A stretch of DNA of 64,000 nt from Vampirovibrionaceae bacterium NZW_1234 (GCA_041697335.1 JBGUGD010000015.1:128001-192000); one strand, 5' to 3'; shown: positions 19,699-29,537, counted from the stretch's first letter. Notes: generated from the sequence alone by a model not told the origin. Numbers and translations: made by a program.

Positions 19699-20970
19699 AT
19701 GTCGTTTTTCTCCTGGTTTGCCCAAAATCTTGTGAATCCCGCCTTCTGGTTTCAGCCGATCTTTTATAGTGTGCATGGCTGGTTGGCAACAGAAATGGCC
19801 CTCTGGATGCTGTTTCATCCGTATGAACCGCAATACGTTCCCGGGACTCGGATTCAGCTCCCCTTTACCCCCGGGATTTTCCCTCGGGGACGTCACAAGC
19901 TGTCCATTTCCATTGCCAACACCATTACCGATATCCTGCTGACCCAGGAAGACATCAAAAAACAGGCCGAAAAGCTCATTACCGAAGAAAACATTTACAA
20001 GACCCTGGATCTGCTGTTCGATTCGGTGGGCTCGGAATTGCGCGACATCAGCCATATCCGGCGTCTGTATCGCTATGTGGACAACCTGTTGCCCCCGTTG
20101 CTTCAAAAAATGGCCAATGAGTTTATTCTGGCCATCGACAAAGGGGATGACCAGCATTTTGACCGGGTGATGATGCAGCTCTTAAACCGCATCCTCCCCC
20201 ATATCAGCTTCCGGGAATCCCAGGCCGAGTTCCTGGCCGAAGCCTTCTTCCGCCACGGGCTGACGCCCCCGGTAATCCGGCGGCTCTTAATTGACTTTTT
20301 AACCCCGGAAAACACGGCTCTTCTGGAAAGCGGCATTAAAGACCGCATCGGGGGGATGCAGGGCTTGATTATCCGCTTTATGGATTTTCAAAAAGGCTTT
20401 GGCCAGTTCCGAAGCTTCCTGGAAACCGATGCCGAAGAGGCTGAAGCGCTGCTTGGTGAAATGATGAGCAACATGAACCTGACGGAAAAGCTCAAGCACC
20501 AGATCATGGGCTTTTCGGTTCAGTCCCTGCCGGTGGAGACCCTGGAAGAGTTTAAACTCCACACCATTGCCAATGCCAAAAAGCTCCTCATCCGCTACCG
20601 GGAAGACATTGTGTCCACGCTGCATGACCTGACGGAAGAAGCCACCCAGTCCATCACCACCAGCTTGGTGCATATGGACTTTACCCAGGTGTCCGAAAAC
20701 TGGCTCCCCGGCTTTAAGCGGGATATGGCGGCCTTTATCTATACCTACCTGAACAAGGAACTGGAAAACATGCTGAGTCGGGCCCTGCCTGCCATCAGCC
20801 TGAACACGGTGATTGTGGAAAAGATCGATCAGTTTTCCGCCAAGGAGCTGGAAGAAACCATTCAGCGCATCTGCAGCCGCGAACTGCGCTGGCTTGCGTT
20901 TTTGGGGGCCTTTCTGGGGTTCTGGCTGGGGTTGGTGTCCAACATCATCGGTTACTGGTTCCATCTTTAA
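19699..20970 (+). CDS. DUF445-family membrane protein
   Basis: N-terminal GWLATEMALWMLFHPY...FTPGIFP and C-terminal ELRWLAFLGAFLGFWLG signatures. Confidence 0.85.
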   Translation: MSFFSWFAQNLVNPAFWFQPIFYSVHGWLATEMALWMLFHPYEPQYVPGTRIQLPFTPGIFPRGRHKLSISIANTITDILLTQEDIKKQAEKLITEENIYKTLDLLFDSVGSELRDISHIRRLYRYVDNLLPPLLQKMANEFILAIDKGDDQHFDRVMMQLLNRILPHISFRESQAEFLAEAFFRHGLTPPVIRRLLIDFLTPENTALLESGIKDRIGGMQGLIIRFMDFQKGFGQFRSFLETDAEEAEALLGEMMSNMNLTEKLKHQIMGFSVQSLPVETLEEFKLHTIANAKKLLIRYREDIVSTLHDLTEEATQSITTSLVHMDFTQVSENWLPGFKRDMAAFIYTYLNKELENMLSRALPAISLNTVIVEKIDQFSAKELEETIQRICSRELRWLAFLGAFLGFWLGLVSNIIGYWFHL

Positions 20971-21059
20971 GGACAGTTTGCATTGATCCCTAGCAACGAA
21001 CGCGCTTGAGGGGTGTTTATAGGTCATTGCCCTGATACCGTCTCAAGGATGCAAGGCTG

Positions 21060-22778
21060 ATGATCAAAACCTCCCTGACCCTCCTGCACACTCGACCACC
21101 CCTTACAGCACGCCCAACCCGACCTATGCCTAACCCTGGCCCATTGTTTCAAACTGGGGATCAGGTCTGCTTCGGGGCAGCACGAAAAAAGAGCAACACA
21201 AGCCCCAGTGTCTTCCGAAGCGAAGGGGTTTTAACACCGGACATGATTGCCGAGAAGCAATTGGCCTTCATCCAGCCGGTCACGGCCTCGGATATCCAGG
21301 CCCTGATGGAGGTCGCTTCTCCTGACCCGAAAAACCAGGCCCTCGTGGGACAGGTTTTGGACAGAATGACGCAGTTTGGGAATGAAGCCAGCCTCAACGG
21401 CTTGGTAACCCGGCTGAACAAATGGCTGGAGGCCCCGCTCTTTGTGGATCAGCAAAGCGCCCTGGGCGACTCGCTGTACTATTTGGCTAAGCGTAAAGGG
21501 ACCTTTCAGGATGTGGCTCCCGGGTTTGCGAGAAACATCGAAGACATTCAATCCCACGGAGGCCTGGAGGGGCTGCCCCAATGGGGCGAGACGGAAGGGG
21601 CTTTGCTCCTGGACGACTTGACCCTGACACGCCTTGAGGCAAACCCGGAACTGGTGCGTCATATTGCCAATCATGACTTTACCCTGTTTTATCCGGAAAG
21701 CTGGCTGGATGGGATTACGCTTTTTACGCCGCGTCAACAGATGCTGCCGCGTTTGAAGGCCATGATGGCCAAGGTCCAAGCCCTTCAGGCTGACGGCTTG
21801 CCTCAGGATAAGGCCATTCAAAAGGCCTTGGATAGCACCCTTCAGGAACGCCTTAAAAACATTGCCCTTTCGGCGGGTCTTGCCCCAGAGGCACTTCTGG
21901 AAAAGCTGACCATACTGGAGCACCCCGATAGAAAAGGCAATCCCGCAATAGACCCCGAAGCCTTGGCCCGGCGCCTGGCTCCCAAATACTTGACCAATCA
22001 AACATTGAAAGCCATTATGACCCATACCCACAGCGATGATCGCCCGCCACTGATGGAATTTTTAGACAGGGTCTATCGCCATTACCCGGCGCGAAATCTG
22101 GCTGAAAAATGTCAGGAGCAGCATCAACACATCCGAGAACTGGCCCAGAAGCTTTCGATTTCGCCTGACAAAATCTACTTTTATTTTCCTACCGGCACCC
22201 AAGCCGACGGACTTTTGGATTTTTCCTACAAAAGCAATGGCATGGCCACCATGGTCTACCGGCAAGTCAATCAAATCCCCGCAAAAAACGTCCTGAACCG
22301 AATTCCAGACGAACTGGCACGGGACCCAAGCGCCATGGTGGTTCTGGTCGATGATTTTTCGGGCACGGGTATCCAGATGCTTCAAAGCATGCGCCATTAT
22401 TTTCTCCAAAACGTCAAAGGCCCGGTGGTGTTTGCCCCATTAATTCACTCGGCTGCGGCTCGACGCAATTTTGAGCAAACACAGAAGGGCTATCCCAATC
22501 ACCATTGGGTTTCCACGGAGCAGATTCCAAACTTACAGGAAACGGACTTTTTTAAAACCCTGTCCGAGGCAGACAAGATTCGCCTGTATCAAGCGCTGGG
22601 CAAAGAGCCAGACCCGACAACCGGACAATACAGTCCGGAAGATTTAATCTGCGTCTCCCTATGGAACATGTCCCCGGACAATAACCCGCAGTGCCGGGCT
22701 ATTGATCGGATCCTGAGAGAAGGCGGGCTGCTCAACGAAAAAGGGCATACTAATGCCACAAGCGCCTTCTACGTCTAG
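21060..22778 (+). CDS. Hypothetical protein with C-terminal phosphoribosyltransferase-like domain
   Basis: VVLVDDFSGTG PRPP-loop motif and later PDNN; low-complexity N-terminus ending DQVCFG. Confidence 0.6.
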   Translation: MIKTSLTLLHTRPPLTARPTRPMPNPGPLFQTGDQVCFGAARKKSNTSPSVFRSEGVLTPDMIAEKQLAFIQPVTASDIQALMEVASPDPKNQALVGQVLDRMTQFGNEASLNGLVTRLNKWLEAPLFVDQQSALGDSLYYLAKRKGTFQDVAPGFARNIEDIQSHGGLEGLPQWGETEGALLLDDLTLTRLEANPELVRHIANHDFTLFYPESWLDGITLFTPRQQMLPRLKAMMAKVQALQADGLPQDKAIQKALDSTLQERLKNIALSAGLAPEALLEKLTILEHPDRKGNPAIDPEALARRLAPKYLTNQTLKAIMTHTHSDDRPPLMEFLDRVYRHYPARNLAEKCQEQHQHIRELAQKLSISPDKIYFYFPTGTQADGLLDFSYKSNGMATMVYRQVNQIPAKNVLNRIPDELARDPSAMVVLVDDFSGTGIQMLQSMRHYFLQNVKGPVVFAPLIHSAAARRNFEQTQKGYPNHHWVSTEQIPNLQETDFFKTLSEADKIRLYQALGKEPDPTTGQYSPEDLICVSLWNMSPDNNPQCRAIDRILREGGLLNEKGHTNATSAFYV

Positions 22779-22814
22779 CCCCTACAGCAAAAGAACAATA
22801 GGCTGAAAAACCGG

Positions 22815-23294
22815 TTACGAAGCAGCACAGGCTTGACACAAGCCCACAAACTCCAGGCGATGATCCTCCACCTGAAACCGGGCCTGCTGGGAGACCTGGG
22901 CGAGGATGGCATCCATGCCGTGGCAATGGACTTCTTGGGTCGTGTTGCACTGACGGCAAATCAATAAATGATGACAATGATCGTCTTGAGGTAACTGGCA
23001 GTGATCCTCGTCATCCAGCTGACACTTGCGGACCTTGCCGGTGAGAAGTACCCGGTGGATGAGATGGTTCTCTTCCAGACATTCCAGAATCCGGTAAATG
23101 CTCACAATATCGACCGCTTCATCGGAGGCGGCCAGCAAATCACGGATCTCATAAGCCGATAACGCGGTATTGGCGTCATTTAAAAGCTGCACCACCAACT
23201 TACGAGGCTTGGTGATCCGATAACCTCGCTTCTTGAGAGCAGAAAGCGCATTTTCAGTATAACTGGACATGGGCACATGTTCCGGGTGGGCCAT
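22815..23294 (-). CDS. Fur-family metalloregulator (probably Zur)
   Basis: GYRITKPRKLVV, LSAYEI, SIYRILECL, HCHHLLICRQC and FVGLCQAC; start 23294 or 23270. Confidence 0.9.
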   Translation of the reverse strand: MAHPEHVPMSSYTENALSALKKRGYRITKPRKLVVQLLNDANTALSAYEIRDLLAASDEAVDIVSIYRILECLEENHLIHRVLLTGKVRKCQLDDEDHCQLPQDDHCHHLLICRQCNTTQEVHCHGMDAILAQVSQQARFQVEDHRLEFVGLCQACAAS

Positions 23295-23324
23295 GGTTTT
23301 ATTTTTCAACAGGCGTAACGATTT

Positions 23325-23404
23325 TGCAATCATGCCCCCTTTCACTATTGCAATCATGTTGTATTTATATTGCAATGTAATTGCATTAATGTTGATTGCA
23401 ATCA
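23325..23404. promoter_or_regulatory. Cluster of TGCAAT inverted repeats, candidate Fur/Zur operators
   Basis: TGCAAT-N3-ATTGCA at 23371-23385, TGCAAT-N3-GTTGTA at 23349-23363, TGATTGCAATCA at 23393-23404, half-site at 23325. Confidence 0.65.
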
Positions 23405-23418
23405 GGGTGTCCCACACG

Positions 23419-23766
23419 ATGAGTTTTTCAAATACCACACCAACGGCTGCTGTACTGCCCAAGCGTCTGAACCCGGTTTCTCCGGCCCTGCAACGCTTAA
23501 GCCTGCCGTGGTCTATTCCCAGCGGCGAACTTCGCCTGCATCATCTTAAAACCGCCATCCTCAATCTGCTGATGTTCCCGGTACTGCCCCTGGTTGGCTA
23601 CTTTGGCCTGGATGCCACGGGTGTGACCCAATGGATCATCCATGACAACGACGTGCTGCGCCAGATTTTGGGCGAAGGCTTTGGCCATGCGGGCCTGTGC
23701 TTTGCCCTCCATTACCTGTTGACCAGCGCCAAACATTTCTGGAAAGCCCTCTTTCCTGCCGTGTAG
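23419..23766 (+). CDS. Small two-TM membrane protein with conserved-looking His/Glu residues
   Basis: Two hydrophobic segments (ILNLLMFPVLPLVGYFGL; GEGFGHAGLCFALHYLL); first gene after the operator cluster. Confidence 0.6.
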   Translation: MSFSNTTPTAAVLPKRLNPVSPALQRLSLPWSIPSGELRLHHLKTAILNLLMFPVLPLVGYFGLDATGVTQWIIHDNDVLRQILGEGFGHAGLCFALHYLLTSAKHFWKALFPAV

Positions 23767-23809
23767 CTTTGATTTGTACTTTTTAAAACCCTTCTGGTAA
23801 TTCGGTGTG

Positions 23810-24766
23810 ATGTACGCTCCCTCAGTGGCCTATAGCAATGCCCCCATTCTGTATCCCAGAATGGCCTCCTGGCCGCAGCAACAGTACTGGTATGGTCCCG
23901 GTTACGCCCAGCCGCACCAGCATCTGCATGCGCATCCGGCGCCCCGTTGGGAAGCGGCCTTGGCGCCGACCCCACACCCAAAGCCCGCCGCCAGACAGGA
24001 GCCGGATCCCTCCGTCTTTCTCCGGGAACTGCTGGCCACTTTGCCTCAGACGCCCTCGCACAAGCCAGAGAATTCTGATGCCCATGGGCACTCCCATGAA
24101 CCAGAGCAGCCTGTGAAAAAGCCCATTACCTGGCAACGGGTGGGTACCAAGCTGGCGGCCGCAGCCGGGTTCTTTTTGGTGGCTCGACTGCTGGGGAAAC
24201 TGCCTTCAACCAACAGTACCTTTAAATATCTGACCTCGGACTGGAAAGAGTGGGCCAAAGTGGCGCTGGGGATTGCCTCCATGAACCAGGTCAATGACCT
24301 CTTCGGCTGGAAGCCTCCGGCGTGGCTGATGGCCATTCAGACCACCCTCTTCGTCAATCCGGCCGTGTCGGGCTTTACCAAAAAAATGGCCCTGCAAACC
24401 CTGGTGATGGCCCCGTTGGTTTCTGCCATCGTGGCCACGACCAACTATCTCAACGACACCATTACCCAGCCGGTCCAGGAGAAACTGCATATTCCTCCCG
24501 CCCTGACCCGACTGGCCGTAATGATCAGTATGATGGCGGTCGGCATTAAAACTTACCCTCACCTTTATCGCAAGGTTGCTGAAACCGGGATGATGGGTCA
24601 GGAAGCCAAAGCACAAGCGTCCAAGCTGGTGGTCGGCACCGAAATCGTCACCTGTGCCAAATGCGGAAGTAACCACCTGATCTGCATGAGCGAAATCGGT
24701 GACTACATCGGCAGCATGGGCAACTGGTTTCGCGGTAAGCATCAAGAAACAAAGAGGACCTCATGA
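23810..24766 (+). CDS. Membrane protein with His patches and a C-terminal CxxC..HxxC motif
   Basis: HQHLHAH, HGHSHE, several TM-like segments, CAKCGSNHLIC; ATGA overlap with the next gene. Confidence 0.75.
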   Translation: MYAPSVAYSNAPILYPRMASWPQQQYWYGPGYAQPHQHLHAHPAPRWEAALAPTPHPKPAARQEPDPSVFLRELLATLPQTPSHKPENSDAHGHSHEPEQPVKKPITWQRVGTKLAAAAGFFLVARLLGKLPSTNSTFKYLTSDWKEWAKVALGIASMNQVNDLFGWKPPAWLMAIQTTLFVNPAVSGFTKKMALQTLVMAPLVSAIVATTNYLNDTITQPVQEKLHIPPALTRLAVMISMMAVGIKTYPHLYRKVAETGMMGQEAKAQASKLVVGTEIVTCAKCGSNHLICMSEIGDYIGSMGNWFRGKHQETKRTS

Positions 24767-25800
24767 ACGCCATTCGCTTTAACCCGGTTTACACGCCTGT
24801 AATGCGGCCCCGCTTCGGGCATCAGCCCACGGATCCAACCCCGGATCCGACAGGGGCGGAAACCCATGACGCCTCAGAAGAGCCTGGCCATGTTCATGGG
24901 CCCGGGTGCAACCACACCCACGGTTTAGGTCTTCCGGGGCTGGGAGGTCCCCAAAAAGGCAAAAAACCCCAGTTTACCTGCACTAAGCCGGGCGAAACGC
25001 CTGGCGGTGACAAGGACAAACAGGCCACCGATACCCCTGGGAAATCCCATACGCATGGCCCGGGACATAAATGCACCGGCGCATGCAAGCACGATCATGG
25101 CCATGAGCACCCCCATACAGAGACTCCGGCCACCCAAGGCCCCCGAACAGACGCCACGAACACAGGGGGTGTGACGGGCGGGGCATCGGGTGCCTCTGCC
25201 GGGAGCGAAAAAACGCCTGTGTCGGGTGCCGGTGTCACTGGTGCTGCCAGCACCACAGATGCGGCATCCCAGAAAGCCACCGGACACAGCCATGATCATG
25301 ACCACGGACACACATGTGGCGCCGGGTGCACTCACGATCATCCCCCGAAGAAAGTCGCTCCCGCTTCCGGGAAGGACAAGAAGGCCACCGCCGCCAAAGA
25401 CGGCGGCCACGTTTGCGGTAGAGGCTGCAATCACGACCATGACCACGCCTCCGTTAAGAAACGCAAACCTTCGGCAGGAAAACCCCAAGGCGGTGATCAT
25501 GTCTGTGGCAGTGGTTGTGATCACGATCACGCCCATGATCACAGCGTCAAAAAAGCCTCTCCAGCATCCAAGAAGCCAAAAGCCACACCAAAAGCGCCTC
25601 CGAAACCCAAAACCCTGCTCGGTTGGATCCCCTATGGTGTCAATCGCGTCTTTACGTGGTTTTATGAATTAGTAACGGGTTTTCTCAAGGACCTGAAGGC
25701 GCTGATATCCGGACAACCGAAAGAAGAGTCACACCAGCACGATCATCATCATCACGACCATGATCACGCCCACGATCACCCGCATCCCCATAAACACTGA
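24763..25800 (+). CDS. His/Cys-rich putative metal-binding protein
   Basis: Repeated H-x-C-G-x-G-C-x-H-D-H-type modules and a poly-His C-terminus; GAGG RBS. Confidence 0.85.
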   Translation: MNAIRFNPVYTPVMRPRFGHQPTDPTPDPTGAETHDASEEPGHVHGPGCNHTHGLGLPGLGGPQKGKKPQFTCTKPGETPGGDKDKQATDTPGKSHTHGPGHKCTGACKHDHGHEHPHTETPATQGPRTDATNTGGVTGGASGASAGSEKTPVSGAGVTGAASTTDAASQKATGHSHDHDHGHTCGAGCTHDHPPKKVAPASGKDKKATAAKDGGHVCGRGCNHDHDHASVKKRKPSAGKPQGGDHVCGSGCDHDHAHDHSVKKASPASKKPKATPKAPPKPKTLLGWIPYGVNRVFTWFYELVTGFLKDLKALISGQPKEESHQHDHHHHDHDHAHDHPHPHKH

Positions 25801-25830
25801 TCCCGAAAGTTCACACAAAGGTTAGCACCT

Positions 25831-27021
25831 GTGACACGATCCCCCTCGCCCTCGTTAATTAGTCCGCAGTTCCTGCTGCTGTGTGTCAGCGTGCTCTTTT
25901 TCTTTGCCAGCTATCACCTGCTCTCGCCGGTGTTGCCCTTCTTTTTCAAAGCCAATCAGTTCCAGGGCCAAGCCATCGGCACCCTGATGTCGGCCTTTAT
26001 GGTGGCCTCCCTGGTGACCCGGCCCTGGATTGGCAAGCTGTGCGATGAGCGAAATAAGAAAATGATTCTCCTGGTGGGCGTCATCGGTTTTATGATCTGC
26101 CCGGTCCTGTATCTGCTGACCCATGACCAGACCCTGTTGTTTGGAATTCGTCTTCTTCATGGCATCAGCTTTTCACTGACTTACACCTCAGCCAGCAGCC
26201 TTCTGGCCGATATCGTTCCGCCCGACAGAAAAGCCGAAGGCATCAGCTATTTCAGCAACGCCATTAAAGTCGCCATGGCCTTCAGCCCGGGGTTGGGGTT
26301 GTGGTTGGCGGAGCGCTACCCGCTGGCCTATCCCTTTGTGCTGTCCGCCATTTTCTCCATGCTGGTCTTAGCCTGTGTCAGCCTGATTCCCAGTGCCTCT
26401 GCGGCCCCCAAAGCCGCCTCAAGCACCTCGGCTCGGGGCAAGCTGTTTAACAGGAAGGCCTTTTTCCCGGGCTTCTTGATGGCCACCAACAGCATTGCCT
26501 TCGGCGCCCTCATCCCCTTTGTGCCTCAGCTGGCCCAGGAAAAACACCTGGCGGATGCCGGTCTGTTCTATACCCTCTATGCCCTCTTTCTGATTTTCTC
26601 CCGGACCCTGACGGGTAAGCTCTCGGACAAATATGGCCGGGATTCGGTTCTCATCCCCGGCATGCTGATGGTGGTGATGACGCTTCTGTTTCTGAGCTGG
26701 TCTCCCAGCCTGGCTGTCTTTCTGATTGCCGCCTGCTTATATGGCCTGAGTGCCGGGACCGTACAGCCATCGTTGATGGCCCTGGCCCTGGACAAAGCCG
26801 ACGCCCACGAGCGAGGCTCCACCATGGCCACCTTTACCATGTTTACGGATTTAGGCATCGCCTGCGGCATGTATGTGATGGGCTCGCTGGGGTCCACCCA
26901 AGGTTACAGCGCCTCGTTGTTGTGGATTGTCTTGACGGCGTTTATGGGCTGGATTTTGCTGATGGTATCCCAGTTTCGCCAGAAACGCCTGACGTCAGAG
27001 AAGGTGACCACCCATGCCTAA
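25831..27021 (+). CDS. MFS transporter
   Basis: About 12 TM segments; GKLCDERNKK and GKLSDKYGRD loop motifs; RLLHG. Confidence 0.93.
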   Translation: MTRSPSPSLISPQFLLLCVSVLFFFASYHLLSPVLPFFFKANQFQGQAIGTLMSAFMVASLVTRPWIGKLCDERNKKMILLVGVIGFMICPVLYLLTHDQTLLFGIRLLHGISFSLTYTSASSLLADIVPPDRKAEGISYFSNAIKVAMAFSPGLGLWLAERYPLAYPFVLSAIFSMLVLACVSLIPSASAAPKAASSTSARGKLFNRKAFFPGFLMATNSIAFGALIPFVPQLAQEKHLADAGLFYTLYALFLIFSRTLTGKLSDKYGRDSVLIPGMLMVVMTLLFLSWSPSLAVFLIAACLYGLSAGTVQPSLMALALDKADAHERGSTMATFTMFTDLGIACGMYVMGSLGSTQGYSASLLWIVLTAFMGWILLMVSQFRQKRLTSEKVTTHA

Positions 27022-28063
27022 TCTGTCGCCTTTGGTCCATAGCTTCCTGGAGCGTCAACTGAGTGTGGTGGAAGATTACCATTGCCTTCGCCCGGAAAAG
27101 CCGACGGCCGATCCCCACGCCCTGGCTGTGGCCGTCTATCAGAAAATGACCAATTACCGGTTCTGCCGCCGTCGTCCCCACGATGCCGCCGGGATGATTG
27201 GCACCATTGAAGCGGCAATTCGGGCACAAGAGCCTGTTTCCTGCATTCTTGGCCATGGCCCTCTGAAAAATCGAAATAATTGCCCTTACCCCACGGCAGA
27301 CTGGGCCGAGTGCCTTGCCTATGTTCAACTGATGCGCCTGGCGTCAGCGGTCAAAGCCCTCTATGAGCCGGGTCTGAGCATTACCCTGTACGTGGACGAT
27401 GCCCGCTCACAGTTTGCCAATGCCGTGGATGCCGCCGTTACCCAGCCCTATTTTGACAGCCTGGGCCAACTGGTCCAGACGCTGGGCTTTGATGCGGTGA
27501 TTACCGATATCGTGTCCTTACAAGAGCTATACCCGGCGTTTCAACACGAGTCGTTTTTGCCTCAAGCCACAGCCAAGGTGGCTCAGTGGCGCCAGGATCC
27601 CCTGAATCAGGAGGCCTTGTTTGAGCTTTATGCCCATGCCCATCGAAACCTGGTCTTCCCGGATACCCTTAGCGCTGACGAGCAACACCGCCTGGTGGAT
27701 GAGGCCACGATGCGCTACCAGGTCTGTCACGAAGCCGAAAAGCTTTCGGGCATCTGGAGCCAGCCCAATCGGGTGTATATGCGCTACAGCCCCCATGAAG
27801 GGTTTTATCAGATCTTTACCCTGCGCAAGGGCTCGGTATCTCAACCCTGGCAAGGCCAGGGCGCCCTGCTTCTGACCCCCCAGGGCAAGCTGGATCCCTA
27901 TATCATCACAACCCAGAAGCGCCAGAAGACCGTGCTGGTGGATACCTTTACGACCACCTTCGACCTTCCGGGCCTCAATACGTTACCGGTCTTCCGGGAA
28001 TTGGAAACCCCGACGGAGACTTCCACCCTTTCCGAAACCCAGGCAATGTTTATCTCTCGCTAG
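27014..28063 (+). CDS. Distant isocyanide (isonitrile) synthase-like protein, Dit1/PvcA family
   Basis: ADWAECLAYVQL..LASAVKALYEPGLSITLYVDD, YMRYSPH and QPWQ follow, in order, the PvcA-type PDxAExLAL..L...YxPGAxIxIxSDG, RLSIH and TPWH motifs (recognised by eye). Confidence 0.6.
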   Translation: MPNLSPLVHSFLERQLSVVEDYHCLRPEKPTADPHALAVAVYQKMTNYRFCRRRPHDAAGMIGTIEAAIRAQEPVSCILGHGPLKNRNNCPYPTADWAECLAYVQLMRLASAVKALYEPGLSITLYVDDARSQFANAVDAAVTQPYFDSLGQLVQTLGFDAVITDIVSLQELYPAFQHESFLPQATAKVAQWRQDPLNQEALFELYAHAHRNLVFPDTLSADEQHRLVDEATMRYQVCHEAEKLSGIWSQPNRVYMRYSPHEGFYQIFTLRKGSVSQPWQGQGALLLTPQGKLDPYIITTQKRQKTVLVDTFTTTFDLPGLNTLPVFRELETPTETSTLSETQAMFISR

Positions 28064-28064
28064 G

Positions 28065-28622
28065 CTATTGCCAAAGCTTTCGATGGGCTTGTCGGGCCTC
28101 TCGCTCCAGCTTGTAGAAGCGGGCTTCGTAACGTCGGTTTTGGCCAATAAACAAGACTTTTGCCAACCCTGCCTGAATCAGTGAGGCATTGGCCATGGTC
28201 TGGCCCTTGGGATCCAGATAGACATAGGCCAAGACCCGGTTGTACTTGTCCCGAGGCTTCACATCGGACTCCAAATAGGCCGGGCGATGCAGCAGATTCG
28301 CCTCTACCCATTGTTTGGCTTCCTTGGCAAAGGGCTCGTCACGGCCGCTGGTGTTTTTGCGAGAGTAATGCATTTCGGTGGCATCAATGCCCAGCATCCG
28401 CACATGTTCCTGAGGGGATTCAATGCGCCCGTTACGATTGAGATCGCAGCCAAAGGTATCCCCGTCAAACACCACTTTTACCTGGCATGAGGTTAAGGGT
28501 GCTGTGGGCATCCGAGACAAGGCCGCTTTTTCCTGAGGCGATTCCACCTGAAAACCCAGCACAGAAAGCATGCTAGAGATAAACAGCAGGACCGCAATCA
28601 AGCCCAGAAAATAGCGTGCCAT
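28065..28622 (-). CDS. Thermonuclease (SNase) family protein with N-terminal membrane anchor
   Basis: VFDGDTF, VRMLGIDATE, DKYNRVLAYVY and LIQAGLA motifs. Confidence 0.92.
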   Translation of the reverse strand: MARYFLGLIAVLLFISSMLSVLGFQVESPQEKAALSRMPTAPLTSCQVKVVFDGDTFGCDLNRNGRIESPQEHVRMLGIDATEMHYSRKNTSGRDEPFAKEAKQWVEANLLHRPAYLESDVKPRDKYNRVLAYVYLDPKGQTMANASLIQAGLAKVLFIGQNRRYEARFYKLEREARQAHRKLWQ

Positions 28623-28623
28623 C

Positions 28624-29499
28624 TTAGGTGTAGTCAAAGAAACCCTTGCCGGACTTTTTGCCCAGATATCCGGCGTTGACTTTTTGCACCAGCAACGGAC
28701 ATGGGCGATACTTGGGGTCTTTAAAGCCTTCATAAAGCACATTCAGGATAGCCAGGCAGGTATCCAAGCCGATGAAGTCGGCCAGCTGCAAGGGGCCCAT
28801 CGGATGGTTCATCCCCAGCTTCATCACCGTGTCAATGTCTTCGGCCGAACCCACGCCTTCAAACAAGGCAAAGATGGCTTCGTTGATCATGGGCATCAGG
28901 ATCCGGTTGGAAATAAAGCCCGGATAATCATGACTTAAGACCGTCACTTTCTGAAGCTTTTTGCCCAGCTCATCAACGGTCTGATAGGTGGCATCGGAGG
29001 TTTGAGCGCCTCGGATGATTTCCACCAGCTTCATCAACGGAACCGGGTTCATAAAATGCATCCCGATGACTTGCTCCGGGCGCTGGGTCACGGCGGCAAG
29101 GCGGGTGATAGAGATGCTGGAGGTGTTGGAGGCCAGAATGGCTTCCGGCTTCAGAAGCTGATCCAACTGCCGAAACATCGTTTGCTTCAGGGCTTCGTCT
29201 TCAATGATGGCTTCCACGACGATGTCTGCATCTTTGAGGGCATCAAACCCGGACGCAAAGGTCAAGCGCCCCAGAGCTTCGGTTCGTTCCGCCTCGGTCA
29301 AGATGTCCTTCGTCACGAACTTTGCCAAACTGCCTTCAATGCCGTTCCGGGCCCTGTCCAACTGGGCTTCGGCCACATCATGCAAGACCACTTGATATTG
29401 CCCATAATGGGCCATAACCTGGGCAATTCCGCTACCCATCTGGCCCGCACCAATGACGCCTACGGTCTTGATCTTCTGGGGTATCAGCATTTGAACCAT
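28624..29499 (-). CDS. hbd: 3-hydroxybutyryl-CoA dehydrogenase
   Basis: [29 protein letters not shown] and [17 protein letters not shown] motifs. Confidence 0.93.
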   Translation of the reverse strand: MVQMLIPQKIKTVGVIGAGQMGSGIAQVMAHYGQYQVVLHDVAEAQLDRARNGIEGSLAKFVTKDILTEAERTEALGRLTFASGFDALKDADIVVEAIIEDEALKQTMFRQLDQLLKPEAILASNTSSISITRLAAVTQRPEQVIGMHFMNPVPLMKLVEIIRGAQTSDATYQTVDELGKKLQKVTVLSHDYPGFISNRILMPMINEAIFALFEGVGSAEDIDTVMKLGMNHPMGPLQLADFIGLDTCLAILNVLYEGFKDPKYRPCPLLVQKVNAGYLGKKSGKGFFDYT

Positions 29500-29537
29500 C
29501 CTATGTGCACTCCTAAACCAACATGATGAGTCCCATC

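Noticed and set aside
21029..21038. GCCCTGATAC upstream of both the 21060 gene and flhB (50675-50684)
   Set aside because: Only two copies with no shared second element; may be chance
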